Origin: Eledone cirrhosa
Taxonomy: Eukaryota
Direction: 5' to 3'
Length of the DNA: 64,000 nt
Assembly (NCBI GenBank): GCA_964016885.1
Contig: OZ024742.1
Span: forward strand, 126,108,001-126,172,000
Part shown: positions 23,160 to 35,403 of the stretch, in pieces
Layout: every line of letters starts with the position of its first letter
How positions within the stretch are numbered: position 1 is the stretch's first letter
Position numbers and translations under genes: made by a program
Notes under the pieces: generated by a model
The model's input: only the letters and a program-made list of their open reading frames with translations
Told to the model about the DNA's origin: nothing
The model's database searches: none

Positions 23160-25230
23160 ACTTATGCGACAACGAACTGTATACAGATGTCCCGGACATG
23201 ACTGCAGCCCAGATCGAAAAACAGGCTAACTCCATCTGGTTCGACATCTGTAGTAGAAGACAACTCCCAAATAAATTTAAGTCCAATTATACCACTAGAA
23301 CTAGCAGACTGCCCACTTTCTATCACTTCATCAAGGCCCACAAGAATAGTACTAAGAACCAAATAAGACCCATCGTCTCTAGCATAGAAGGGCCCCTATA
23401 CAAAATCTCCTGGCTCCTCTCCCAGGTCCTCAAGCCTCTACTCTCCACCTTTCCCGGGCATGTCAGTAGCTCCGACGAGGTCGTACGTAGACTACACCAA
23501 CTCCAGCCAGAACAACTTAAACTCAATAGATACGCCTTTAGCCTCGACGTTGTTTCCCTCTACACTACAGTCCCCGCTCATCCAGCTGTCGATTTATTGA
23601 CGGACTGCGTGGTCGCCCAAGATATCCACTGCTACGGCCTCCATCCGACGGACATACACCAGCTTTTGTCCTTCACAGTGGAAAACATATACTTCACCTT
23701 CCACCACCACACACACAGACAGACAACAGGATTACCCATTGGATCCAGCCTATCGGGCATGCTGGCCATCACTTATATGAACCAGCTGGAATGCCGAGCC
23801 CTCAACACCTGACATTCCTATACCTTCTTCACCCGATATGTAGATGACATACTCATACTTACATCATCCCCTGAAGAAGCGGATAAAATATACATGACAT
23901 TCTCCAGCATGGACGCCAATATAAAGTTCAGCATGGAACACTCCGATGACCGCGGATCCCTATCCCTATTGGACTTCCAAATCAGGGTAACAGAGGAAGG
24001 CGACATCCACACCTGCTTCTATAAAAAAGCTGTCAGCAGGGACCTGTTCGTACATTTCAGATTGGCCCTCCCAGCCAACGCTAAGTTCGGATACATAATG
24101 AACGAACTAACACGTATCTGGAACAAATGCACCGGCGCAAGAGACCGAGACACACACACCACACATTTCCTGGAAGTACTCAAACTGAACGGATACCCGA
24201 CGTCCACCGCAAACCGTGCCAGAAACAACAGAGCACACCACACCTGAGGCACTAACACCTGCTTCCTGAAGCTCCCACACTTCAGTGACGAAACAACAAC
24301 AGCCATCCGCAGAGCTATCAGACGAGAGGGACTAGATATCCAGCTAGCCCACTCAGGACCTTCTCTACGCGGACAACTAACCAAGAGACACTCCACCAGA
24401 CATCAGCCGCTGCACGCTGGCCAACTGCCCCATCGACGACACAGACCTATGCCACCAGGCTTACATCGTATACAGATTAGAGTGCGACAAATGCAGCAAT
24501 TTCTACATAGGTAGCACCACCAGACCACTTCACATTAGAATAAAAGAACACCTCAACACTAATGCTTCCTCATTTAAGAAACACCTAGTGAAATGCAAAA
24601 ACACCGACAAAAACATAATAGTTAGGATAGAAGCTAAGGAAAGAAACCTCGGCAATCTTAGAATTAAAGAAGCACTAATTAAAGAACCACCAATCAATAA
24701 CAGACTAGAACTCAACACCCAATTTTTAACATGATAGAGCACCTAGCCCCACACTTACACCTCCACGTATCCTCTCTCACACACACACACACGCACACGT
24801 ACGCTTACACCTTCACTTATTCTCTCACTCACACACACATACACACACATAAACCAGTTTTAATTTGATAGAGCATCTAGCTCCCACATTTACATATAAA
24901 CATATCCTCTCACACTCACACACATGTTTACACCTTCACGTATTCTCCCACACACACTTAGACATACATGTCCAAACCATTTTAAAGGGAGACAACCCTC
25001 TATCCACCTAAACTTCATTAGAAATAGACATTAGAAATAGAATGGAATTTCTATACTATTTCCTGTCAGCATGACTTGGCAAGCTAATTAGAACACTGGA
25101 TTAACCCCTTTACTTCCCTCTGAAGAAGATATATTATCTCGAATCTTAAGGATATTCAAATAAATTTAAGGTAAAAGACTAATATAATTTTTATTGTCGA
25201 AAGGAATGTAGGAGTCATTTTATAATAATT
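23160..25230 (+). mobile_element. Penelope-like element, 5'-truncated (RT + GIY-YIG, disrupted) with 3' pLTR region
   Basis: IRPIVSSIEGP, FSLDVVSLYT, GLPIGSSLS, RYVDD, LLDF; IVYRLECDKC..FYIGSTTRPLHIRIKEH; degenerate hammerhead core at 25120. Confidence 0.92.
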
Positions 25231-25920
25231 CTTCACGCGTCAGTAATCATCTCCTGGTCAGCTCTGTACTATGGTTTTTCACCAGAGAGAGAGAGTGAGA
25301 GTGACCATTTATTCATACGTGACTTACCATTGGTCAGTTTGACCTTATTGTATATGAAATGTTGCTATTGCGAGGTACGACGTAGTTCCACTATATGTCC
25401 ATAATATTGGAGATGTGATCTCTCAATTCGAAGAAGTAGCTGCTCTACCTGGAACGACTCGCTGATCTCCGAGCTACGCACTCTATCGAGTAATGTTACA
25501 CTAAAGACCCTTCGGTGGGACTCTTTATTCACGATTGTATACTTTCGGTCATTACTCAAGATTCATGACCAGAAGTAAGGGTTGGCACGAATAACGAATT
25601 GCAGTTTGCGCTTTTGGCTTTTATACCTACCTCCATTCTTCTGATTACCGAATGCTGAAGCTGATGCAATATTGCACCAACTTCAATAATTCTTCAATTA
25701 TTTAGCGAGCAAACCGCTCAAAAGATGGCCATTTTAATTATTTTCTTGGACTTCTCACAAAGCTCTGTTCTACGGATGGTGCACTTTTTTCTCTTACGCT
25801 TGGTTTGGCCGACTGTGGTTTATCTTTCACATAACCTGTTTCATTAAACTTTTTAATCCACTTAGATATGGAATTCCTGTGTACTGCTTTTTAGTATTAT
25901 TATTTTATTTTTTATATATA

Positions 25921-26083
25921 AGGGCGGTGGATTGGCAGTATCGGTAGAGGGTCGGACGCCGAGGTTAACTTTGCCTTTCATCCTTATGGGGTCGATAAAA
26001 TAAAGTACCAGTAATACACTGGAATAATTGCTGGCCTTGTGCCAAAAGTAGAAACAATTATTTTATTTTTTATTATTGTTATT
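25921..26083 (+). mobile_element. tRNA-derived SINE (Meta-domain-like), internally deleted, with (TTA)n tail
   Basis: tggcagtatcgg A-box; gccgaggttaactttgcctttcatcc..ggggtcgataaaataaagtaccag. Confidence 0.85.
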
Positions 26084-29000
26084 GGCGACTTGTGAAAACG
26101 TGTTATCGTGAACTCCGAAAGGTTTGTTCTTTTAAGTTGTTTTAAATTGATAGTTGTGGAACATTTTTGTTGTTAACTGTTGATAAGTTCATATATATTG
26201 CTTTTTGAAAAGGAAACTCCATAATATTGAGGTCTTGAGCCCAAATCTGAACTTTATTTTGTCAAAACAAACAATTTTTTTGTAAAAAATATGGACTGAA
26301 TACGCCCCCACCCCCCACACACACATATTAAGCCAGCTGTCACGTGACAACAGCGGCTCAAACATTGACACTATTCCTACCACCACCATTGTGAACTTTG
26401 CTACAATTACCATCAGGACAGACGGCTTCGCTAACAGCAGCAGCAGCAGCAATAGCAGTCGCCAGACTTTGTCTCGGGCAACAAAGATGGATTGTTCACC
26501 TTTGCTAATGTCTACCGGTGTAAAAGCCGCCATCCCCACCACCACAATGTCGAGGAGCACATCCAACACCACTATCACCACCACCACAGCAACAACTGAA
26601 ACAAAAAATGTATATTGTGCTGACGAAATGGCTTCTCCACATTCATTAACAACACTCACCAATGTAGACACCGCCGTCCACACAACCACAATTGGCAGTC
26701 ACGTCGAACACCACTAACACCACCACCACCATCACCACAGCAACAACTGAAGCAAAAAATAATAATAGCAAGAACAACAATAACAACAACAGCAATAACA
26801 AGAATAACAACAACTGAAGCAAAACGAAATGTGTCCTGTGTGGAAGCGACGAACAAGAATGAAACGATTGAGGTAAGCCAGGAACAACTGAATGAGGCCA
26901 GGCGAATGGCGAAGAAAAATGGCTACAGGGTCAGCCTCACTCCTCCATTGAACACCATGGAATATCGGCGGCTATGTACGGTATCATACCGTGCAATTAG
27001 CACGAAAACACGCCGAGTGGAGCGGGAATCCGAGTCCCAAATCCAAAAGGTTTTGTGACATGTGTGGGCTCAGAAAACCCACATCATACGTGGACGAAGA
27101 TATGGAACTGTGAATGTGTTCTTTGCACCCCACAGGAAGCTAGAGAGCACTCCATGGCTCCACTAAAAAGCGACGAGCTTACACATGTCCCAAGTTACTG
27201 TGGATAAAGGCTCGTGAGAGTGAGGTTGACCCAGATTCCGCCAGCCATAGAAATTCCCTGACTGATAGCTGCCGTCCTCGCCGACATCGAAGACGACACA
27301 AAAGTCATCGAGGTCATAAGAATAAAACAAGGGAACCTGTCCGGATCTGGAATGGAGCTCCTAATCCAAGCAGACCAGAAAAAAACATCCAGGAGGTTCA
27401 AGAGGTATTAGACCTCGATGACGGCAGCCACCTCACCGTAATTGTCGAAGGTAGAAGGCCAATGTGTGTCGTTTGTGGCGATGGAACCCACCCAAATGCC
27501 TTCTGCCTTCAGGGGATGGCCAACAAATTAAGACCACCTCTCCTGCCTACCCCACTGGCTCAACCAGTAGCAGCAACAGTGGCAGCAACTTTAGCAGTAA
27601 CGGTAGCAAGACCACCACCACCACCACCCACCACGCCAGAAGTAGCACTAACGCCACCGCCTTCCACCACGCCACAAGCAACACCAACGCCTATGGAGGA
27701 TATTCCACTCCCCGACCTCTCACAACTGTAGATGGATTGTGACGAAATGGGGTGGAAAACTGTAAAGAAACCAGAAAAGAAAGAACCCTCTTCCTTCGCC
27801 CTAAAAAGAATAGAGGGCGAAACAAATAAACAAAAAAAAAAACAAGATAGTTAAGGCAGCGACGCCACCATCATCACCCACACCAGCATCACCAACCCCA
27901 TCACCACAAACACCAACACCATCACCATCATCAACCCCAAAACCACCATCACCAACACCACAAACAATACCAACAAGCGAAACAGAAACAAACCCACACG
28001 CGTAACCACATCAAACGCAAACACAAAAAGACCGAACCGAAACACACTACACAGCATTAAACTTGAACAATAAGCAATTATTACACTACATACAACATAA
28101 CACGAGCATGACAGAGAAAAACTACACAACTCCCCAAAAATTCACACCACCCACACTCATACAAATCACACGTATCTCACAGAAAACGTACACAACCCTG
28201 AAAGAAAAATTTCCCAAGGACATCGGAGATTTCCGGCAAACACTTTCCAGGAGGATATATAAAGACATCCTTCCGGAGCGGGCCACAAGCAGTCAGAAGG
28301 ACGGAAAAAACATCCTTCCTCCACAAGAACTGAGGTAAGTGGTCTTTCTCACCTTTTGCCTTACTCAGAATAGGCATCATAAATGCACGTGGCATGTGGT
28401 GGCAATCAGCGAGACCAGAATTTCCGAGGCACAAACCTGCGCATTTTCGGCAGTTACGATGTGTACGCATCTCCAAGCCGGCCGGGATCGGGAGGAGGAG
28501 TCGCTGTGTTGTTTCGGAGAGGCCTGGGTCTCGTGGTACGGACCATCTTCATGGACCCAAAAGGTAAGTCGGTAGTGCTGGACGTGACCATCAGCGAAGG
28601 CTATACTTTTAGGCTAGTGGCTATTTATGCCCCAACAGGGGCAGGATGGCCGAATTTCTTCAGGTGACTTGAGACCTTCCTAAGAAGGACCCGCTCTTTA
28701 ATGTTAGTGGGCGATTGGAACGGGATCTTGGATGCACGCTGGGATTGTGTGGAATTAGTGGATAGGGGAGGAGGGTGTAAAAGCCCTGCAAACCTGCTCA
28801 GACGTTTCCAACTGTCTGACAGGTACCGACTGGATTTCCCGAATGTGCCAATGTGGCCATGGATAAACCGCATTGGGTCGTCCAGATCGTATCTAGATAG
28901 AGTATTTTGTAGGAAGTAGATAGTTCTAGCATATGTTGTCCACAATTCAAGATAATCGACTACACGGACTACAAATTCGTGATGTGTGGTCGACTTAGAT

Positions 29001-31623
29001 AGGCTTCATAGACAGGGATCCAGGCTACTGGAAGCTGAACGCGTCGCTGACAACGCGCAAAGCCCACAGAGACCGAATTGGCGAACTAGTTAAGCAGGGG
29101 TTGACGGTCGATGGTCGCATGTTACTCAAACCCGGGAAAATGTGTGCGGCTTTTCAGCGGCAATTCGCTCATCTGTTCGGCACCAGCGGTGGGTCGGATC
29201 ATAGGATAGACTACTTCGATGGTCTGCTGCGGCTCTCGGCCACTGGGGTGGAATGTTGCGAAAAGCCGATAACAGCCGCTGAAGTACGGGAAGCAATGAC
29301 TGACTGCATGATGGGTAAATCGCCTGGTTTGGATGTTCCCTATGAGCTTTACGTACACATGCCAGACTTGTTCGGTGACCTCTTAGCGGACGTCTACTGC
29401 AACTGGCAACAGAACGGGAGAATTCCCAGTTCTGTGAACCGAGGAGTGGTGGCGTTGCTGAGAAAGGAGCCGAACAGGAGGGACAACATAGATAATTTCA
29501 GGCCCATAATTCTGCTAAACGCAGAGTTTAAGATTTTGGCCAATGTGTTAGCAAAGAGGTTGGCGCTTGTCATCGGTACTCTGGTGGGAGAGGCGCAAAC
29601 ATGCACCATTCCAGACAGATAAATTCACGACAACCTCCACCTCATGCGATACATTGTGGAGAGAGTAGCTAATGAACCTGGCACGGGAGGGGCCTTGATC
29701 AATTTATATCAGTCGAAAGCTTTCGATGGGGTCGACCATGGTTATCTGGCGACTGTCCTGAGGGTGGCCGGCTTTGGGCCTGTCTTCAGAGGCTGGATAG
29801 CTACCATGCACAACGATATCTGCTCTGTGGTGAGAGAGAACGGTCACCTTTCGGAACCGTTCAATATCATGCGCTCGGTCCGCCAAAGATGTCCCCTCTC
29901 GTCCCTCTTGTACGTATTGACTCTCGAGCCATTACTGCACAAACTGGAGACGTTGAGGGGCGTCCCGCGCTAACTGGGATGCGAGAGAACCGTGTCAGCA
30001 TATGCCGACGACGTCACCGTAGTGGTGTCGAATACCACACACATCGGGGCGATCGGCACTACACTAAGAGAATATGAGGCGGTGCCAGGAGCAATGATTA
30101 ACCAGGAAAAGTCGGTGGGCCTGCGGCTCGGCACCTGGAGAGGCAGGTCCATGCCACACAACAGCGTCGTCGGGCGCTGGACGGACGGACCGGTTAAATT
30201 TCTAGGGGTCTGGTTCAGTCCGGACCGCCAGACGGACAAAAACTGGGACAAGGTGACGAGCAAGGTGACTTCTCTCACCCAAAAATGGGCCGAGAGGAAG
30301 CTATCCCTGAAAGGTCGAGCGGAGGTAGCAAACGCGTACATCGCATCCGTCATCTACTACTGCCTGACAGTCGTGCCTTGTCCTAAGCCTCACCTGGCTG
30401 CGCTGGAGCGTTTGCTCTTTCCCTTTTTGCGGAAGGGACGCGCTCCGATGGTCAGGTGGTCCATTTGCTGTCAACACCCGCTACGTGGAGGGCTGGGCAT
30501 GTCGTGGCTGATGATGCGCAGACACGCGCTCAGGCTACGACATCTCCACCGCTTCCTCGACGGTGATCAGGTGTGGTCACCGTTTGCTAGACGCGTTTTT
30601 TCCCAGCTCGTCTCCTTGAAAGAGCTGCAGTCCTGGGTCAAGCGAAGACCGAGAGGGAGCGCTTGGAGATTGGAATGTCTTCAGGCGCTCACAGCCCTCG
30701 ACCAACCAGGCGATGCGATCGGTGGAAACTCCACCATGGCGTTCTATAGAGGGTTAGTGGAGGGAAAGAGCGACGACGTCCTTGAGTCGACTCTGGGCGT
30801 CGATGAAAATCAACTAGCCAATCTCTTCGCGTGAACTTTCGGGCCGGGGCTATGGGCAACTTCCAGAAATCTCTGGCCTGTCAGTGCTACTGGGCAGCTT
30901 TGCCAGTTCGGGATAAACGCTACAGGCATGGAAGTGCCATCAGCCGGGCCTGTCCGAGATGCGCGCAGTGCGACGAAACCGTCCTGCACGCACTCGTCCA
31001 GTGTCCAAGCATTGCTGACTTGTGGGTTTATGTTGAACACCTGCTGCCGCGTGTAGAACGGATCCGGCTATCAGCTGATTCCATCGTGAGGATTGCCCCG
31101 CCGTCTTCCTTTAGCCGGGAAGGACAGGCAGTTTTTATCTGCCTGGTGGCCATGGCGAAAGAGATAGTGTGGTGGACGTGTTTGAAAGGGCTGAAGACGA
31201 GCACTTACCTCTTCGGTGATGCCCTGATTAACTTTTTCAAATTTCATTTGAATAGGAAAATCTGGGTGGAGAGGGAAGAGCTCCCTTCCCAGCAATCAAT
31301 TTGTTGAAAGATGGGTGAGAGAGGCAAGCATGGCCCGAGTGAATGGGCCTGCTCTGAGTATACGCCTGTAAATTGAAGGTGGAAAACTTGGAGAGGGCAC
31401 TTGCCTTGGTGGTCAGGGTAACCGAGGCTTTTTTTAATGGGCTTTCTCCACGAGTGTTCCTTGGAAATCTCCCCTCTATCGGGGAATTTTCCTTTGTTTC
31501 GTTTTTTTGTCATTTCCTTTGTTTTCTTTTCATGCAGAAATGCCCATTTGTACCGTCCTGTACCGTCCTGTTCTGTCCTTAATGTTATAATTTATGTCAA
31601 CCCTTGTGGTTAATAAAGAAAAT
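26084..31623 (+). mobile_element. Tx1/L1-type non-LTR retrotransposon, copy 1 (decayed ORF1 to 28338; ORF2 ~28369-31370)
   Basis: APE (SET, VGDWN, SYLDRVF), RT (NFRPIILLN, SKAFD, AYADD), C-terminal CPRC..H..C; aataaa then (ATT)n. Confidence 0.93.
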
Positions 31624-31659
31624 AGTATTATTATTATTATTGTTATTTTTATTTTCTTT

Positions 31660-32585
31660 CATTATTGTTTCAGAGATATATGCCGAGTGTCTTCCTGACA
31701 CCTAGGGCAAATAAATTCACAGTGTGCATTGGTAAGCCAGTTAATACAGCACATTGATTATAAAAAAAAACAAAAAAAAAACAGTATACATATATGCATA
31801 TACAAGGAGGGATATCAATCTTACAGAGATAGTGCTCTTCTCAATACGTGCGCAGTACCAGTCAAAACAATTTTTTGCACCTCGTGCAGAGAGGGTAAAC
31901 CAGGAATCATTCACAAATATTGTTCTGTTCCTTTCTTGATCATTCCCAGTCCTCCCACAATCACTGGTATTGTAACGGCCTTGAGGTGCCACATTTTCTC
32001 AATTTCAATAAGCAGATCTTTATATTTTCGTAGCTTGTCAAATTCTTTTGCCGCGATATTGTGATCACATGGGATGCTCATATCTATCAACAAACAGACC
32101 TTGCTATGTTGATCTTTTACAATGATGTCAGGTCCATTTGCTTTTATGGTCCTGTCAGTATGTACAGGAAAGTCCCAGAGAATTGTTACTTTTTCTCCTT
32201 CAGTTACAGCCTCAGGGTGATAGTTGTACCACTTGTCTTCAGCTTTGATTTTGTAATGCCGACACACTACCGAGTGTAGATATTGGCCAACTCTGTCATG
32301 TCTATATTTGTATTCTACTGGTGCTAAAACTTTACATCCAGAGACTAAGTGATCCACTGTTTCAACCCCAGCATTACAGAAACGGCTCTTTAGGTTTATT
32401 CCGTTTCTCATCACATTGGCCTGGTAATTATGAGTCAATAAGCTTTGATCTCGGGCAGCTAAGATGATCCTTCACTCTCCGCCTTTAGCCCTGAACTACG
32501 TAACCACTGATGGGTGTGCTTTTGGTCAACATCAGCTTATTTGCTACGAGCCACATATTTGCCATGCAGAGGTTTCTGCTCCCAG
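31660..32585 (-). mobile_element. Dong/R4-clade RLE element 3' fragment in (TAA)n
   Basis: RFC..ETVDHLVSGC, YRHD, ILWDF, PDIIVKD..LIDMSIP..KY..L; TAA repeats on both sides. Confidence 0.9.
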
Positions 32586-32599
32586 TTATTATTATTATT

Positions 32600-33139
32600 T
32601 GGATTGGCAATATCGGTAGAGGGTCGGACGCCATGCTTTGACGCATAGAGTTACGGCCCTTTATGGTCTGAGTTCAAATCCCGCCGAGGTTAACTTTGCC
32701 TTTCATCCTTACGGGGTCGATAAAATAAAGTACCAGTACTGCACTGGGTAATTGCTGGCCTTGTGCCAAACGTAGAAACAATTATTATTATTATTATTAA
32801 GGGCAGTGGATTGGCAGTATCGGTAGAGGGTGAGACGCCATGCTTTGCAGCAAAGAGTTACAGCCCTTTATGGTCTGAGTTCAAATCCCGCCGAGGTTAA
32901 CTTTGCCTTTCATCCTGAACGGGGTCGAAAAAATAAAGCACCAGTAACGTACTGGTGTCGATTTAATCGACTTTCCCCTCCCCAAAATTACTGACCTTGT
33001 GCCTATACTAGACCTCAAATCCCGCCGAGGTTGACTTTGCCTTTCATCCTTACGGGGTCGATAAAATAAAGTACCAGTAATGCACTGGGTAATTGCTGGC
33101 CTTGTGCCTAAAGTAGAAACAATTATTATTATTATTGTT
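32600..33139 (+). mobile_element. Three tandem SINE copies (32600-32798, 32800-33012, partial 33014-33139)
   Basis: A-box tggcagtatcgg, B-box gagttcaaatcc, shared core; (TTA)n tails on the first and third. Confidence 0.9.
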
Positions 33140-33349
33140 GAAGCCACGCTTCTTATCGCCTCCAGTCTTTTTCAACGTTTTACCTCTTTTTCAACCGTTC
33201 TAAACCTTTTATTCAAGTTTTAAATTTGATAAAAGTTTAGAAGAAGTGACCCACCTAATACAGGGGTTCACTAGTAAATAATACGGCACCCCTTTACGGG
33301 GTGTCGTATTCGTATTTGTGCAAAAATATTTTTTTTGAAAAATTTCAAC

Positions 33350-35370
33350 ATGGATAACACAAGAAAGAGAGAGAGCGCTGTCAGACAACACAGAGAGAGG
33401 GAGACTTTATCAGCATGTCAACAAGACAGCGTTCCAGCGGAGGTAAATATAAACGAAAATATTACAAAGGAAAAAAAGATTGTTACAGATTTAAAATTAA
33501 CAAATATTTCTAACACAAACAACAATAACACCAACAACAACACCATCAATAACAACAGCAACAACAAAAATAACAGCGGTAAAGTCGAAAACGACAATAA
33601 AAAAAATAACAGCGGTAAGGTCGAGAACGACAATGACAAATGACAATAACAACAGTCACAACAACAATAATAGTAGGAACAGTATCAACAAAAACACCAA
33701 TAATAACAACAGCCACAATAACAGTAACAACAGCAACAGTATCAACGAAAACAACAACAACAACACCAACAACTGTACCAGCGAAAACAACAACAATGAC
33801 ACCGATACCTATAATAGCGATCTCAGCACCACCAGTAAGACCAGTAGCGGCAGCAATAGTGGTGCTGCTGAAAAAGGGACCACTTCTTTTGCAGGTGTCG
33901 CCCGAAATATCGAAACAATGTTAGTCACAGAGGAGGAGATGGCAGTCGCAAGGGCCATGGTGACAAGAAGCGCAAATAGGGTTTCCCTGAAACCTCGACC
34001 CGATTTTTTCAAGGACCAGCAGCTACGGACGGTGATTTACCGCGCCGTAAGCAAAATCTCACATCGAGTGGAGAGAGCCACGGAGGCTCAAATCCAAAAG
34101 GCCTTGGGGTGCGTCTGGGCACACAAAACTCACATCACCCGAGGCAGAAAGTACGCCACAGTAGACGTACTTTTCGCCACCCCCCAGGAAGCAAAGTCTC
34201 ACTCTTTGGAAACCCTAAAGAGTGAGGAGATAGTCTTGGTGCCCTCCTACTGCGTGCAGAAAATTGTGAGGGTCAAAGTGACCCACGTCCCACCCGACGT
34301 GCCCATACCTTGGCTGGCCGCGTCTGTCCTTGCTGGAATTGAGAACAGGGCGACCATGCTGCAAGTAGAAAAAATAGTGAGAGAGAACTGGTCAGGTATA
34401 GGCATGCAAATGCTTATACAAACTGACCAGGAATGTATCGAGGCTATCCCCGATATCATAGACATCGAGAAAGGACTCCAACTCCCTATAAGTGTAGAAG
34501 GAAGACGGCCAAAATGTTATCTCTGTGGGTCGAAGGGTCACCTCAGGGCCTTTTGCCCGCAGAAGACAGCGAAGAGGGCCCCTCTCCTTCCAATACCTGG
34601 TCCGCTGCTACCAAGGGCAGGACAGGCAACAAACGAAGAAGCCCCTTCCACGGTGAGTAGGAGGGCAACGTCCGTAGCACCCGTACCAAGGCCACGGATA
34701 ACTAAAGCAGCATCATCAGTAGCGGCAACACCAATAGCTACATTTGAAATAGCTACACCAGCAACAAAATAGCCGAAGAGGGCTCCACTACCACCACCAA
34801 AAGCCGTGGAGCACATACCCCTCCCAGACGCCACAGAATCCGACATGGAGTTTGAGCGGGAGTGACGTGGCAAACAGTCTGCCACAAAAAACAAAAAACA
34901 AAAAAACCCTTAGATTCACCCTCCCAAAGCCAAGGCATACAAAGAGGGGTAAAGGCAGCAAGGAAACTTGCAGCAACACCACCACAAACACCAACAACGT
35001 AAACATAACAAGACACACACACCAAACAGCAACAAGAAGAAAACGGCAACAAAATCACCCCTCCCCCCAAAAAGTACACAGCCATAAACATAGCAAAAAA
35101 AGAACTCATAAAATATATAAAGCAGCACACAGACATCACGGAAAAAAACTACTACACCCCACCAACACCAAGAACTCTCCCGACAAACATAAGCATCATC
35201 GAAATCTCAATAGAACAGTACAAACCTTTAAAACAAAAATTCCCCAACGCAGTTGGAGACTTCAGAGGGACGGTTACCAAGAGGATATACACTGACATCC
35301 TCTTGGAAACACCCATGACCAGCGAAAGGGACGGTTCTACTGTCCCTTCACCACACGAACAAGGTAAGTG
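33350..35370 (+). pseudogene. Tx1 ORF1 (Asn-rich N-terminus, CCHC knuckle, Pro/Thr-rich tail), disrupted
   Basis: Homologous to ORF1 of copies 1 and 3 (QIQKALG.VWA.KTHI, VEGRRP.C). Confidence 0.85.
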
Positions 35371-35403
35371 ACCCTTTCTCATTTGCCCTGTTTCTCATCC
35401 AAT

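Noticed and set aside
28561-28570. Second AGGTAAGT donor-like motif in Tx1 ORF2 (also ~35672, ~41604)
   Set aside because: Explained by (E/K)GK codons and no matched acceptor seen; kept only as a caveat to the micro-intron idea.
32600-32690. tRNA gene
   Set aside because: The A and B boxes belong to SINE heads; no cloverleaf, and followed by SINE core and tail.
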